Shown: positions 9,759-17,821 of the stretch, in pieces | Layout of the letters: every line of letters begins with the position of its first letter | Numbering within the stretch: the stretch's first letter is position 1 | Origin: a virus | Strand: one strand, 5' to 3' | Virus record (IMG/VR): IMGVR_UViG_3300045988_161096 | DNA: 53,360 nucleotides | The notes under the pieces: model-generated | What the model saw: the letters and a program-made list of their open reading frames with translations, nothing else | What the model was told of the DNA's origin: nothing | Databases searched by the model: none | Made by a program: the position numbers and the translations under genes

Positions 9759-10052
9759 ATGAATATCTTGGAAAGAGCAGACAAAATCGTCAACCATCGC
9801 TCAGAAGAAAAAGAGCGCATGTATGGACCATTCTCAGAAAGTATGGAAAGAGCTGCAGCTATATATAATGCTGCCTCTCCAAAAAATGAGCAGATTTCAG
9901 TTGAAGGTATGTATAGAGCTATGATTGCTCTTAAGCTTTCAAGAGAAGCCTATTCGCACAGAGAGGATAATCTACTTGATGCAGCTGCTTATATAGGCGC
10001 TCTTAATAACTACGTTGAGACAAAAACAGATAAAGAAATAAATAACGATTAA
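9759..10052 (+). CDS. small helical protein, DUF6378 / dNTP-pyrophosphohydrolase-N-domain-like (tentative)
   Basis: 97 aa. The pattern R..E....YG.....ME..A.....A......I....MY.AMIALKLSRE.....HREDNLLDAAAY recalls the DUF6378 / dGTP_diPhyd_N family. This is from memory only. Confidence 0.35.
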   Translation: MNILERADKIVNHRSEEKERMYGPFSESMERAAAIYNAASPKNEQISVEGMYRAMIALKLSREAYSHREDNLLDAAAYIGALNNYVETKTDKEINND

Positions 10053-10063
10053 AATTAAATGTT

Positions 10064-11254
10064 ATGGTAGAAGAAGTTATTCAGCCAGTAAAACGTGGTA
10101 GAGGTCGTCCACGTAAAAATCCAGGCGACCCAACTCAGTCTTATACTCGTAAAAATTCAGCCAACCCATTAGCTGATAATCATGAGTACTTTAAGCATTT
10201 GCCAGATAGAAATCTCAGTGTAAGCGAAGAGAACTTGCAGATGTTCTTCGAGACTATGTATGAGCGCCAGATGATTTGGAAACGCAGATTCATTGACAAG
10301 ATTCAGGCTCCATGGACAGATGACCCTATTTTCCAGGAAAATAAATTCCCTAATCTGTATCGTGAGCTCGACCGCAGTTCTTGGTGGCTTATCTCTAATA
10401 TCATTATGGATGATAGCCTATCACTTAAGAATAAAGTTTGGAAGTGTATCGTTTACAGATTGTTTAATTCTCCAGACTTTTTTGAGTTCTTAGCTTCTGT
10501 TACAGATTGGAAAGGTGGAATTCCTGACTACGAAAAGTTTAAGGAACAGCAGCCTAAGTTCATAACAATCGCCAAAACACTTCAGAATATGGGTGCTAAG
10601 CCATTTACCAATGCTTACATAATTAGTTCATCTTTTGCTGCCAAGACTGGTAAAAATAGAGCAGAAGCTTACGCTGATACTGCATTATCTGAATTGTGGG
10701 GTGCTATCGATATTATCATTGATACAGTTCTTATTGCAGAGTCAACGAGAGATATTATTGATGTTTTGTCAGCTATTCCTGGAGTTCAGAAGTTTATTGC
10801 TAATGAGCTGATGCAGGATATGATTTACATTAATCGATTCTCAAAAGAGGATTTTATTCCGTTTAATGTAAATGAACTGACAAATATTGGTCCTGGTTCA
10901 CTTCTTGGTTTGCGCATCTTGTTCCCTAACAGGGTTATCAACTCTCAGCGTGTAGCAGGTATGAAGGAACTTCTTGCTATGGCTGAAGAGAAACTCAATG
11001 AAGTTGCCGAAGTTCATGGAGAACCAATGGTATATGCTAAGTTTAATGCTGAAACTGGAGGCTATGAACCATCTAGCGAATTCAACCTTACAATTAATAA
11101 TATTGAAGGTTGGTTGTGCGAATATTCCAAGTATTGGAAGTTATCAATTGAAGTAGGCAAAAAGCAACGTAAGTTTAACCCAGTTTCAGAGGCTGATACA
11201 TACGATGGTACCAATGGTGCTAAGCCTGAAACTGAAACAGAAGATTTAATGTAA
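10064..11254 (+). CDS. AT-hook protein, candidate DNA base hypermodification enzyme (aGPT-Pplase-like; tentative)
   Basis: 396 aa. N-terminal AT-hook KRGRGRPRKNPG. The block YERQMIWKRRFIDKIQAPWTDDPIFQENKFPNLYRELDRSSWW resembles, from memory, proteins annotated as putative DNA base hypermodification protein. Neighbours are a methyltransferase, a dUTPase-like gene and a ThyA-like gene. Confidence 0.35.
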   Translation: MVEEVIQPVKRGRGRPRKNPGDPTQSYTRKNSANPLADNHEYFKHLPDRNLSVSEENLQMFFETMYERQMIWKRRFIDKIQAPWTDDPIFQENKFPNLYRELDRSSWWLISNIIMDDSLSLKNKVWKCIVYRLFNSPDFFEFLASVTDWKGGIPDYEKFKEQQPKFITIAKTLQNMGAKPFTNAYIISSSFAAKTGKNRAEAYADTALSELWGAIDIIIDTVLIAESTRDIIDVLSAIPGVQKFIANELMQDMIYINRFSKEDFIPFNVNELTNIGPGSLLGLRILFPNRVINSQRVAGMKELLAMAEEKLNEVAEVHGEPMVYAKFNAETGGYEPSSEFNLTINNIEGWLCEYSKYWKLSIEVGKKQRKFNPVSEADTYDGTNGAKPETETEDLM

Positions 11255-11256
11255 TT

Positions 11257-12090
11257 ATGGCAAAGAATTATAATACAACTGATTTATCTCCAGACCAAGC
11301 TATGGAGCGTCACATTTATCACAGAGACCAGTTTGCTCATTATTTGAGGTGGACACACATCTTGAAAGACGCTAAAATTGGTGATGATGTGGTAGATTTT
11401 GGATGTGGTCAAGCTAATTTGCTTGAAGTGTTTTACAGAAATAAGTTTAAGTGTAACAGCTATGTTGGCATCGATATTCGACACAAAACTATTGCAGATG
11501 ATGCAGCTAAGTTTGCATCAGTTCCTTGGGCTAGCTTCTATGAGGCTGACCTTGTTAAAAATTATCTTGATTACAGCCAGTTTAATGGCAATAAGGTGTG
11601 TGCTTTCGAGGTTCTTGAGCATGTCGGTAAACAGAATGCCGATGTTTTCCTGGAGAACTTTAAAGCGTGTGGACGTGATGATGCAACTTATTATCTTTCT
11701 ACTCCAAATTACGACCCTCGTGTTGGTGCTGCAGGTAATCATACTTATGATTCTGGGGACGGAAGAGGTGTAGATGTTCAAGAGTTTGACCACTACGAAC
11801 TTGAGGCTATTCTCAAAAAGCACTTTGATATTGTCGATAAGTTTGGAACATTTGCTTCACAGAAAGATTATAAGCCTCTCATGAATGATTGGCAGAAGCA
11901 AATGTTTAAAGAATTGAGTCGTTATTATGATTCAAATCTTATGGCAAATATCATGGCTCCAATGTTCCCAGATGCTGCTCGTAATACTCTGTGGATTTTG
12001 AAGCGTAAACCTGGCGATATTAAAGTTCCAAAGAATTCAAAGCCGGCTTCTATAGACCCAAATCCTGGTAATATAGACGATTTACTTTAA
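11257..12090 (+). CDS. class I SAM-dependent methyltransferase (small-molecule type, not a canonical DNA MTase)
   Basis: Motif I VVDFGCGQANLL, post-I YVGIDI, FEVLEHV. I saw no DPPY/NPPY or PCQ DNA-methyltransferase motifs. Confidence 0.75.
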   Translation: MAKNYNTTDLSPDQAMERHIYHRDQFAHYLRWTHILKDAKIGDDVVDFGCGQANLLEVFYRNKFKCNSYVGIDIRHKTIADDAAKFASVPWASFYEADLVKNYLDYSQFNGNKVCAFEVLEHVGKQNADVFLENFKACGRDDATYYLSTPNYDPRVGAAGNHTYDSGDGRGVDVQEFDHYELEAILKKHFDIVDKFGTFASQKDYKPLMNDWQKQMFKELSRYYDSNLMANIMAPMFPDAARNTLWILKRKPGDIKVPKNSKPASIDPNPGNIDDLL

Positions 12091-12097
12091 AAAGAAT

Positions 12098-12133
12098 AAC
12101 AGTAGTTAAAGCTTGTTAACTTTAACTACTGTT
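12098..12133 (+). terminator. 14-bp perfect hairpin (AACAGTAGTTAAAG / CTTTAACTACTGTT) after the methyltransferase gene; possible terminator or operator
   Basis: Perfect inverted repeat with an 8-nt loop. The 3' arm runs into the conserved TTAACATAAAAAAT promoter box. There is no immediate T-tract, so terminator function is uncertain. Confidence 0.4.
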
Positions 12134-12176
12134 AACATAAAAAATTTCACTATATGAAAATTTTTATGTAATTTTG
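12131..12176 (+). promoter_or_regulatory. promoter: upstream box GTTAACATAAAAAATTT plus -7 box TAATTTTG (12169-12176)
   Basis: Exact TAnnTTTG 46 nt upstream of ATG 12222. Same two-part layout as at 16708, 17730, 29938 and 52467. Confidence 0.6.
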
Positions 12177-12221
12177 CACATATAAATAATTTAGTTATTC
12201 ACATATTAAAATTTTACAATT

Positions 12222-12743
12222 ATGAATTCAGTAATGCAGATTGCAAAAGTAAGAAAGGTTAAAACTCCAGAGCGTGGTACATCTAAGTCAGCTGGTATTG
12301 ATTTCTTTGTGCCAGAGGATTTTTCAGGTCAGATGCTTCAGCCACACGAGGATGTGCTTATCCCATCTGGTATTTCAGCTCTTATTCCAGATGGATATAT
12401 GCTTATGGCTGCTAACAAGTCTGGCGTTTGTCCATCAAGAGAGGCTAAGCTTGATTGTGAGACAGAGATGAAAATCACAGGCCAAGATACAACTATTTCA
12501 AGTTGTGTTATTATTGGTGCATCTATCGTCGATGAGGACTATCCTGGTGAGATTCACATTCATCTCATTAATGTAGGCAAAGAGCCAGTGTGGATTGAGC
12601 GTGGTCAGAAGATTGCTCAGTTTATTTTGGTTCCTGTATCTTATGCAGATATTTGCGAAGCTTCTCCTGAAGTTGTTAAGGCTGCTGTTCTTGCTAAGAA
12701 GAGTGAACGAAAAGGAGGTTTTAACTCTACTTCAGAAGAGTAA
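12222..12743 (+). CDS. dut: dUTPase-family protein (trimeric dUTPase/dCTP-deaminase fold) with an insertion
   Basis: Motifs SAGIDFF, ANKSG, GASIVDEDYPGEIHIH, GQKIAQFI and C-terminal RKGGFNSTSE. There is a ~30-aa insert between motifs 2 and 3. Confidence 0.8.
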   Translation: MNSVMQIAKVRKVKTPERGTSKSAGIDFFVPEDFSGQMLQPHEDVLIPSGISALIPDGYMLMAANKSGVCPSREAKLDCETEMKITGQDTTISSCVIIGASIVDEDYPGEIHIHLINVGKEPVWIERGQKIAQFILVPVSYADICEASPEVVKAAVLAKKSERKGGFNSTSEE

Positions 12744-12874
12744 TAAATTGTCCCAGTAACATCCTCTATAGTCCCAGAGTTAACGAAATATATTTATAAT
12801 ATAAATTATTATATTATATGTTTCAATTGCTCTGGGATAAAAAGAGGAGTTCTATCTATTAAAAATATCAGATT

Positions 12875-13306
12875 ATGAAGAAAGTACCGGAAGTAGTAAA
12901 AGAACCTATATTCTTGAAATTCGTAGAGCATTATGCTAAAAAATTCAAAGAAAGCAACGGCTTTGGCATGTGGCTACACGAATATAAGGATATGGAAAAG
13001 AAAGGCTTATTTGCTCCAAAAATTCTGAGAACTTTCTATATTCAGATATGTACAGATAAGTTTAATTTAGGCTTTATTAGAGACGATGCAATTTGGTATA
13101 TATGTTCACAAGCCGTTGACGCAGCTAACACCTACATAGACGAAAGAGTTAATTCTATGTATAGGATTGTTCTTATAACTGGAGAGCAAGCTGAAGATGA
13201 AGATGGAGACCCATACACAGAATTAACTTATGAAGAAGCTAAAGAAATATGCCAAGCATTAAATGAAGAAGCCGAAGAAGAATTGTTTAAAATGCAAAAG
13301 ATATGA
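12875..13306 (+). CDS. hypothetical protein
   Basis: 143-aa ATG ORF with an acidic C-terminus. The stop overlaps the next ATG (ATGA). Confidence 0.55.
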   Translation: MKKVPEVVKEPIFLKFVEHYAKKFKESNGFGMWLHEYKDMEKKGLFAPKILRTFYIQICTDKFNLGFIRDDAIWYICSQAVDAANTYIDERVNSMYRIVLITGEQAEDEDGDPYTELTYEEAKEICQALNEEAEEELFKMQKI

Positions 13307-13533
13307 GCAAAGCTATAGATTTACGAAAATATACAAAACTGGTGCCAACTCCAGTAGCAGAAATTACTAAAGAACAGTTTTTTGCATACGAAAGAACTAG
13401 AATGGAAGGCAAAGTGAATATGCTTGATTTGAATGCAGTTTGTCCATTAACAGGCTTAAAGCCTGAAGACATTAAAGCTATTCAGCAAAACTTTCAAGTG
13501 TTAAATCAAAAATTCAATAAATCATGGAGGTAA
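13303..13533 (+). CDS. hypothetical protein
   Basis: 76-aa ORF coupled on both sides to its neighbours. Confidence 0.5.
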   Translation: MSKAIDLRKYTKLVPTPVAEITKEQFFAYERTRMEGKVNMLDLNAVCPLTGLKPEDIKAIQQNFQVLNQKFNKSWR

Positions 13534-14276
13534 ATTTTGAAATTTCTTATCCATATATTACCCAATCTGACAATAATTGGGTATATGAAAATGCAAATCA
13601 AGCATTTAATATTTTGGCTAATCGTATATTTAAACTTGGTGAAATGCCAGGTAATAATACAGTTAGACTTGAAAATGTTGGTTTTTATATTGCGCATCCA
13701 GAGCACAATCATATTACTGAAGATTGGCGCCAATGGAATGCTAAATATGCAGAAAGAGAGTGGAATTGGTACCTATCTCATTCGAGAGATGTATCAGAGC
13801 TTCAAAAGCATGCTCCTATTTGGAAACGCATGCACTGTGGCGATTGTCAAGTCAATTCTAATTATGGCTGGCTGTGGAACCGCAACAAACAGCTACAGAA
13901 AGTAATTGAGAAACTTGAGGACAATCCAGATACTCGTCAAGCATGGCTTACACTGTATGATGGTAAGGAAATGGATGACTATGAATATGATACTCCATGT
14001 ACACTGAATATTGGTTTTAAACTTGAATATATGAGTCAGAAAACTCTTAATATGACAGTTATGATGAGAAGTAATGACTTGATATTTGGTTTTTGCAATG
14101 ACCAGTACTGTTTTTCTCAGTTACAAAAGTATGTTGCTTCTAGAATTGGTGCGGCAGTTGGAACATATTATCATTTTGCTCAGGACTTGCATATATACTT
14201 ACCAAGCACAAAAGTATATCCAAAGCACATTAATGATTATTTAGTAGACAATTTTGTAGACTATTTGAAATTATGA
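13524..14276 (+). CDS. thymidylate-synthase-family pyrimidine methylase/hydroxymethylase (dUMP or dCMP; specificity not resolvable by eye)
   Basis: Catalytic Cys context DTPCTLNIGF. MMRSNDLIFGFCNDQ corresponds to the RS.D..LG.PFN block. SNYGWLWN corresponds to the GPVYG.QWR block. DLHIY is also present. It is strongly diverged from canonical ThyA, as phage hydroxymethylases are. Confidence 0.7.
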   Translation: MEVNFEISYPYITQSDNNWVYENANQAFNILANRIFKLGEMPGNNTVRLENVGFYIAHPEHNHITEDWRQWNAKYAEREWNWYLSHSRDVSELQKHAPIWKRMHCGDCQVNSNYGWLWNRNKQLQKVIEKLEDNPDTRQAWLTLYDGKEMDDYEYDTPCTLNIGFKLEYMSQKTLNMTVMMRSNDLIFGFCNDQYCFSQLQKYVASRIGAAVGTYYHFAQDLHIYLPSTKVYPKHINDYLVDNFVDYLKL

Positions 14277-14482
14277 AAATACCAATTAAGTTTAAAGGCT
14301 GGATGCTGTTTTTAGTATGGTTCACCATTGGAGTTATTTATTTTCCAGTATATTTAGCCGCGTGGATTCTACATGTAGTTGCTAGATTATTACTTGCTAT
14401 AGCATATTTATTTATGCTCCAGCCACATGTAGCAAGAAATGTTTTTAGTTCAGTATTTGTAACTAATTTAAAGATTATGTAA
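14273..14482 (+). CDS. small membrane protein (2 predicted TM helices)
   Basis: 69 aa. Hydrophobic stretches WMLFLVWFTIGVIYFPVYLAAWIL and LLLAIAYLFML. Confidence 0.5.
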   Translation: MKIPIKFKGWMLFLVWFTIGVIYFPVYLAAWILHVVARLLLAIAYLFMLQPHVARNVFSSVFVTNLKIM

Positions 14483-14483
14483 T

Positions 14484-15530
14484 ATGGACAGTAAAGATTT
14501 AAATGCGCTCATTGACCAAGCTCTATGTGATATACATAACACAGAGGCTCCTTCAAGTGAAGAAGCCTCTATGATGGAATATTCAGAAGAAGATTTTGCT
14601 AAAATGCTAGCAGATATTCAGTCTGAAGATGAAGACTTAGCAAAAGCTGAAATAGAAGCAGCTGCAAATCCAGATGACAACGAGAATTCTGATTTTTCTA
14701 TCGCTTCTATGGATGGCGATGAGTTTTATAACAAATCAACTCTAAAATATGAAGATGGCAAAGTTAAACGCGAAGTATCTGACGATGTTATCTTTTCTAT
14801 AGGCGGTGAAAACTGCGTGGAATTTGCCGACAGTCCTAAGCACGACAAAGAGTTAGTCCCTGAACTCAATGATGTTGAGCGCAGATTAGTGATTAGTCGT
14901 CGTATTAAAGATGGTATGGCAAAACGCCAGGCTAAAAAAGAACTTGAAAAAGTTGAAATTAATAGAATGGCGTTCGACCAGAAACTTCTCCCTTTATCAG
15001 AAGAGTTAACAAGATGGGACAAAACAGCTCTTGTAGAGGAACTTACCAGCAATTTGCGTCAACTTATTAAGCGCTACGACAAATATATCAATGCTAGAAT
15101 TGCTAGACTTTTATCTCCTGCTATTCCAAAAGCTATTAAGTTAGCAAAGATTAAATGGCCGTGGGTATTTGTTGCAAATCCTGGATTTCTATACAAGACA
15201 CATCCAGAAGTAGGTGAGGTTCTTACTTATTGGGTTACACCAAATGTGCCATATTATTTCAAGCAGGGTACAGAACAACAGATTCTTGAAGAGCGTGATT
15301 CCGAGCTTAGTACGTATTTTTTGGAATGCGTGGATAGAGCTATACATAGATGGTACGAGGCTAGACGCCGATTGGCTGATAGAGAAGTAATTTATGCTTC
15401 TAGGCTTGTTGGCGTTAACAATATCAGAACTTATGGCGACTTGTTAAGATACAATCCTTTTTGGTTCAAGAAACTTTATGACCGAATTAAAAAAGACAAT
15501 CCTTATGGGAAAGCAAAAGCACAGTCTTAA
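14484..15530 (+). CDS. hypothetical protein with acidic N-terminal region
   Basis: 348-aa ATG ORF. No motif recognised. Confidence 0.6.
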   Translation: MDSKDLNALIDQALCDIHNTEAPSSEEASMMEYSEEDFAKMLADIQSEDEDLAKAEIEAAANPDDNENSDFSIASMDGDEFYNKSTLKYEDGKVKREVSDDVIFSIGGENCVEFADSPKHDKELVPELNDVERRLVISRRIKDGMAKRQAKKELEKVEINRMAFDQKLLPLSEELTRWDKTALVEELTSNLRQLIKRYDKYINARIARLLSPAIPKAIKLAKIKWPWVFVANPGFLYKTHPEVGEVLTYWVTPNVPYYFKQGTEQQILEERDSELSTYFLECVDRAIHRWYEARRRLADREVIYASRLVGVNNIRTYGDLLRYNPFWFKKLYDRIKKDNPYGKAKAQS

Positions 15531-15630
15531 AATCGGCAATAAAGTTATCAAGAATTTAACGCTTGATGATATTATTGATATAAAGTTATATTTAATTAGA
15601 CACAAATTAGAACGCAAAGAAATATCATGA
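15505..15630 (+). CDS. hypothetical small protein (41 aa)
   Basis: Hand-translated: MGKQKHSLKIGNKVIKNLTLDDIIDIKLYLIRHKLERKEIS*. It fills the gap between two genes, and its stop overlaps ATG 15627 (ATGA). Confidence 0.4.
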   Translation: MGKQKHSLKIGNKVIKNLTLDDIIDIKLYLIRHKLERKEIS

Positions 15631-15896
15631 CAACGACAGAACATGACAGAGCCAGAATGCGAGCTTATTATAGAGCTAATAGAGAAAAGCTATTAGCCTA
15701 TAATAAAGCTTACAGGAAGGCTCATCCAGAAAAATATGTCTATAAAGCTCCAACTTCTATAGAAGAAAAGCTGAAACGCTCTGAGTATGATAGAAAATAT
15801 TATGCTAAAAACAGAGAAAAAATATTAGCGTATCAAAGAGCCTGGATTGCGGCTAGACCAGGTTATCGTAAACTTCATAAATATAAAACGACATGA
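15627..15896 (+). CDS. hypothetical protein with two internal Y-x-x-N-R-E-K-x-L-A-Y repeats
   Basis: 89 aa. YYRANREKLLAYNKAYRKAHPEKY and YYAKNREKILAYQRAWIAARPGY. Confidence 0.55.
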   Translation: MTTTEHDRARMRAYYRANREKLLAYNKAYRKAHPEKYVYKAPTSIEEKLKRSEYDRKYYAKNREKILAYQRAWIAARPGYRKLHKYKTT

Positions 15897-15985
15897 TAGC
15901 AGTAATTATTATATTTTCAGCTGTGCTTGGCATATTTATATCGTGGTGCTTAATAGCAGGTGGAGGACGAAGAGATGAAGACTGA
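15893..15985 (+). CDS. small membrane peptide (30 aa)
   Basis: Hand-translated: MIAVIIIFSAVLGIFISWCLIAGGGRRDED*. ATGA overlap with the upstream stop, and it overlaps the next ATG. Confidence 0.35.
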   Translation: MIAVIIIFSAVLGIFISWCLIAGGGRRDED

Positions 15986-16403
15986 AATAATTCAACTCAC
16001 TGGCGATTCTTTCTATTATTTGAGAGATGGCGAAGAGCCTATTGACCCAGATAATCTTGAAGAAGCAGAAGAGTTTAAAACTCTGTTTGGTAATTTCAGA
16101 TTTATATCTGAACCAGAACCTATTGTGGGCACCGATATGGTAGAAGCTAAAATATCAGCAGCAGAACGAAAGAAAATAGCAGGTCAATTCATATTTGAGT
16201 TTATCATTCTTCCAAATAAAAAAGCTCATGTGCGAGTTTTTGATTTAAAAACCAATTATGAGGAAAGAAATCAAATTCAAGACTTGGAGCCAATTGGTGA
16301 CGCATATTGGGTTGAGTATAGATACCACAGTACTTCTCGTTGTAGAGATTTACTTCCAGTTTGTAAGATACACGAATATGAAAAATGGTTTGGCAAAAGT
16401 TAA
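15975..16403 (+). CDS. hypothetical protein
   Basis: The track ORF starts at GTG 15960; the in-frame ATG at 15975 (MKTEIIQLTG...) is preferred. This is the last gene of the early block and is followed by hairpin A. Confidence 0.55.
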   Translation: MKTEIIQLTGDSFYYLRDGEEPIDPDNLEEAEEFKTLFGNFRFISEPEPIVGTDMVEAKISAAERKKIAGQFIFEFIILPNKKAHVRVFDLKTNYEERNQIQDLEPIGDAYWVEYRYHSTSRCRDLLPVCKIHEYEKWFGKS

Positions 16404-16405
16404 TT

Positions 16406-16461
16406 TCCTATCTGGTGTTCTCTTGGGACTATTTCCGAGAAAATGCCAGATAGGATTTTTT
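16406..16461 (+). terminator. intrinsic terminator; copy A of the GTGTTCTCT hairpin family
   Basis: 10-bp stem TCCTATCTGG / CCAGATAGGA plus inner TTCTC / GAGAA, followed by T6. Begins 3 nt after the stop of the upstream gene. Confidence 0.75.
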
Positions 16462-16627
16462 GTAAATTTTTGTAAATTTACACACTGGTTCTGAAAATTG
16501 GTGAGATTTTAATCATTATAAACCTATAACGCACCGGTTCTAGGAACTGGCTTTTAACTAATACTGTTGCAATGCCGGGACTTATATAATGTGCTAAGCT
16601 GTTTCAGTGCCGCATTATTACCCTATA

Positions 16628-16641
16628 CGCGGGCGCCCGCG
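16628..16641. repeat. perfect 14-bp GC palindrome CGCGGGCGCCCGCG followed by a TA-rich tract
   Basis: Self-complementary when read directly. An identical copy lies at 25999-26012. It stands out in an AT-rich genome. Confidence 0.95.
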
Positions 16642-16707
16642 CGTACATATTATATATTATATATAGTAAGTGTTAACGGTAGTTAAAGATAAAGCTGTTA
16701 ACTCTTC

Positions 16708-16752
16708 TTAACATAAAAAATTTTTTTATTTGAAAAATTATTAGTACTTTTG
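16708..16752 (+). promoter_or_regulatory. promoter: TTAACATAAAAAATTTTTTT box plus -7 box TACTTTTG (16745-16752)
   Basis: Exact TAnnTTTG 50 nt upstream of ATG 16802, with the conserved upstream box. Confidence 0.65.
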
Positions 16753-16801
16753 CACTCAGATAAAACATAATAAGTTTAACAATTAAAATCACAGTAAAAT
16801 T

Positions 16802-17188
16802 ATGAAAACAGAAATTATTTTGAAAGTCGACAAACTCGAGAATTTAGTAGCATGGATTGCTCGCAATTTTGTATGTGGAAATATTCCAACAAACGTAAGA
16901 GCTCTTTACATGTTTGCCAACAGGCCAGGTACTTCAATGGAGGAAGATGGTATTGATAGATGCAGCAAGTTTGATGACGAAGACGAAGCTGAAAAATATT
17001 TTGAGGCTTTGAGCCAATCCAAGTTCATTATAGACTCTGAGCTGGTTGACCAAGATGTTATTAGAGACGATACTACAGCTGAAGTTATTCACGTTGCAGA
17101 AACTTGGAAAATTACAGTTACTCCAAGCATGAATAATACTGAAGATGCTTTCGTAGCTTATTGCCCAAGACCATACAATCCAGAGTAA
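16802..17188 (+). CDS. hypothetical protein
   Basis: 128-aa ATG ORF preceded by the conserved leader AACAATTAAAAT. Confidence 0.6.
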   Translation: MKTEIILKVDKLENLVAWIARNFVCGNIPTNVRALYMFANRPGTSMEEDGIDRCSKFDDEDEAEKYFEALSQSKFIIDSELVDQDVIRDDTTAEVIHVAETWKITVTPSMNNTEDAFVAYCPRPYNPE

Positions 17189-17223
17189 TAACGCAAATGT
17201 TTAACAATTAAAATATTAAGATT

Positions 17224-17403
17224 ATGAGAAAGCCAAAGTTCGTTCCGGTTGATTGGAACCTGAAGAAAATTGCAACTTATTTGCAAATGAGTTTAGTAAT
17301 TGCTAGTAGTACTCAGTTCTCTCCAAGAGTATTTAAATACTGGGAGAGATACTGTAAAGCAGAATGGGGATGCACGTTACACAGTTCAGTGCCTCGCAGC
17401 TAG
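17224..17403 (+). CDS. hypothetical protein (59 aa); possibly the 5' part of a frameshifted gene
   Basis: The ATG is preceded by the conserved leader TTTAACAATTAAAATATTAAGATT. The ORF ends at TAG 17401-17403 while the +1 frame stays open to 17512. Confidence 0.45.
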   Translation: MRKPKFVPVDWNLKKIATYLQMSLVIASSTQFSPRVFKYWERYCKAEWGCTLHSSVPRS

Positions 17404-17512
17404 TAACACAACAGCTATTATTAAATATGCTGGTTCAGAGATATATGTTACCATTGATTTAATCTTAGATGGTGGCAAGGTAAGAACATCAACTAAAGCA
17501 GAGTTATCGTAA
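17300..17512 (+). CDS. ORF without an ATG, in the +1 frame relative to 17224-17403; possible 3' part of the same gene
   Basis: The track ORF starts at TTG and has no in-frame ATG. Its stop lies 2 nt before the next ATG (17514), which fits the tight gene packing. Confidence 0.3.
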   Translation: MLVVLSSLQEYLNTGRDTVKQNGDARYTVQCLAASNTTAIIKYAGSEIYVTIDLILDGGKVRTSTKAELS

Positions 17513-17513
17513 T

Positions 17514-17660
17514 ATGGGAAGAGGTTGGAAATTATTTGAAGCTCTTAAGGATATTGTAAGTCCTGAGGATATTCTTGAGGAAATGGCTAGAAATATGAGC
17601 GACCAAGAGTTGCTTGACACTGTTAAAGAAATAGCAAAGAACTTTGATGTAGAACTGTAA
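17514..17660 (+). CDS. hypothetical small acidic protein (48 aa)
   Basis: Hand-translated: MGRGWKLFEALKDIVSPEDILEEMARNMSDQELLDTVKEIAKNFDVEL*. Confidence 0.4.
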   Translation: MGRGWKLFEALKDIVSPEDILEEMARNMSDQELLDTVKEIAKNFDVEL

Positions 17661-17729
17661 GCATAAAATTTCAGTGATTAAATAGCAAAAAGATGTGTTA
17701 ATGATTTTTAACATTTTCATTAACACTTC

Positions 17730-17774
17730 TTAACATAAAAAGTTTTCATATTTCAAAAATTATGAGTACTTTTG
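17730..17774 (+). promoter_or_regulatory. promoter: TTAACATAAAAAGTTTT box plus -7 box TACTTTTG (17767-17774)
   Basis: Exact TAnnTTTG 48 nt upstream of ATG 17822. Preceded by the 10-bp hairpin GTGTTAATGA / TCATTAACAC (17695-17727). Confidence 0.65.
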
Positions 17775-17821
17775 CAAATGTAATTAGAACATATAAGTTT
17801 AACAATTAAATACACAAAATT

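Noticed and set aside
13537-13905. 122-aa alternative-frame ORF inside the ThyA-like gene, and similar 60-125-aa internal ORFs elsewhere (2765-2995, 3911-4147, 11399-11773)
   Set aside because: They are out of frame within genes that carry recognisable catalytic motifs. Their translations are hydrophobic or low-complexity, as is typical of off-frame AT-rich sequence.
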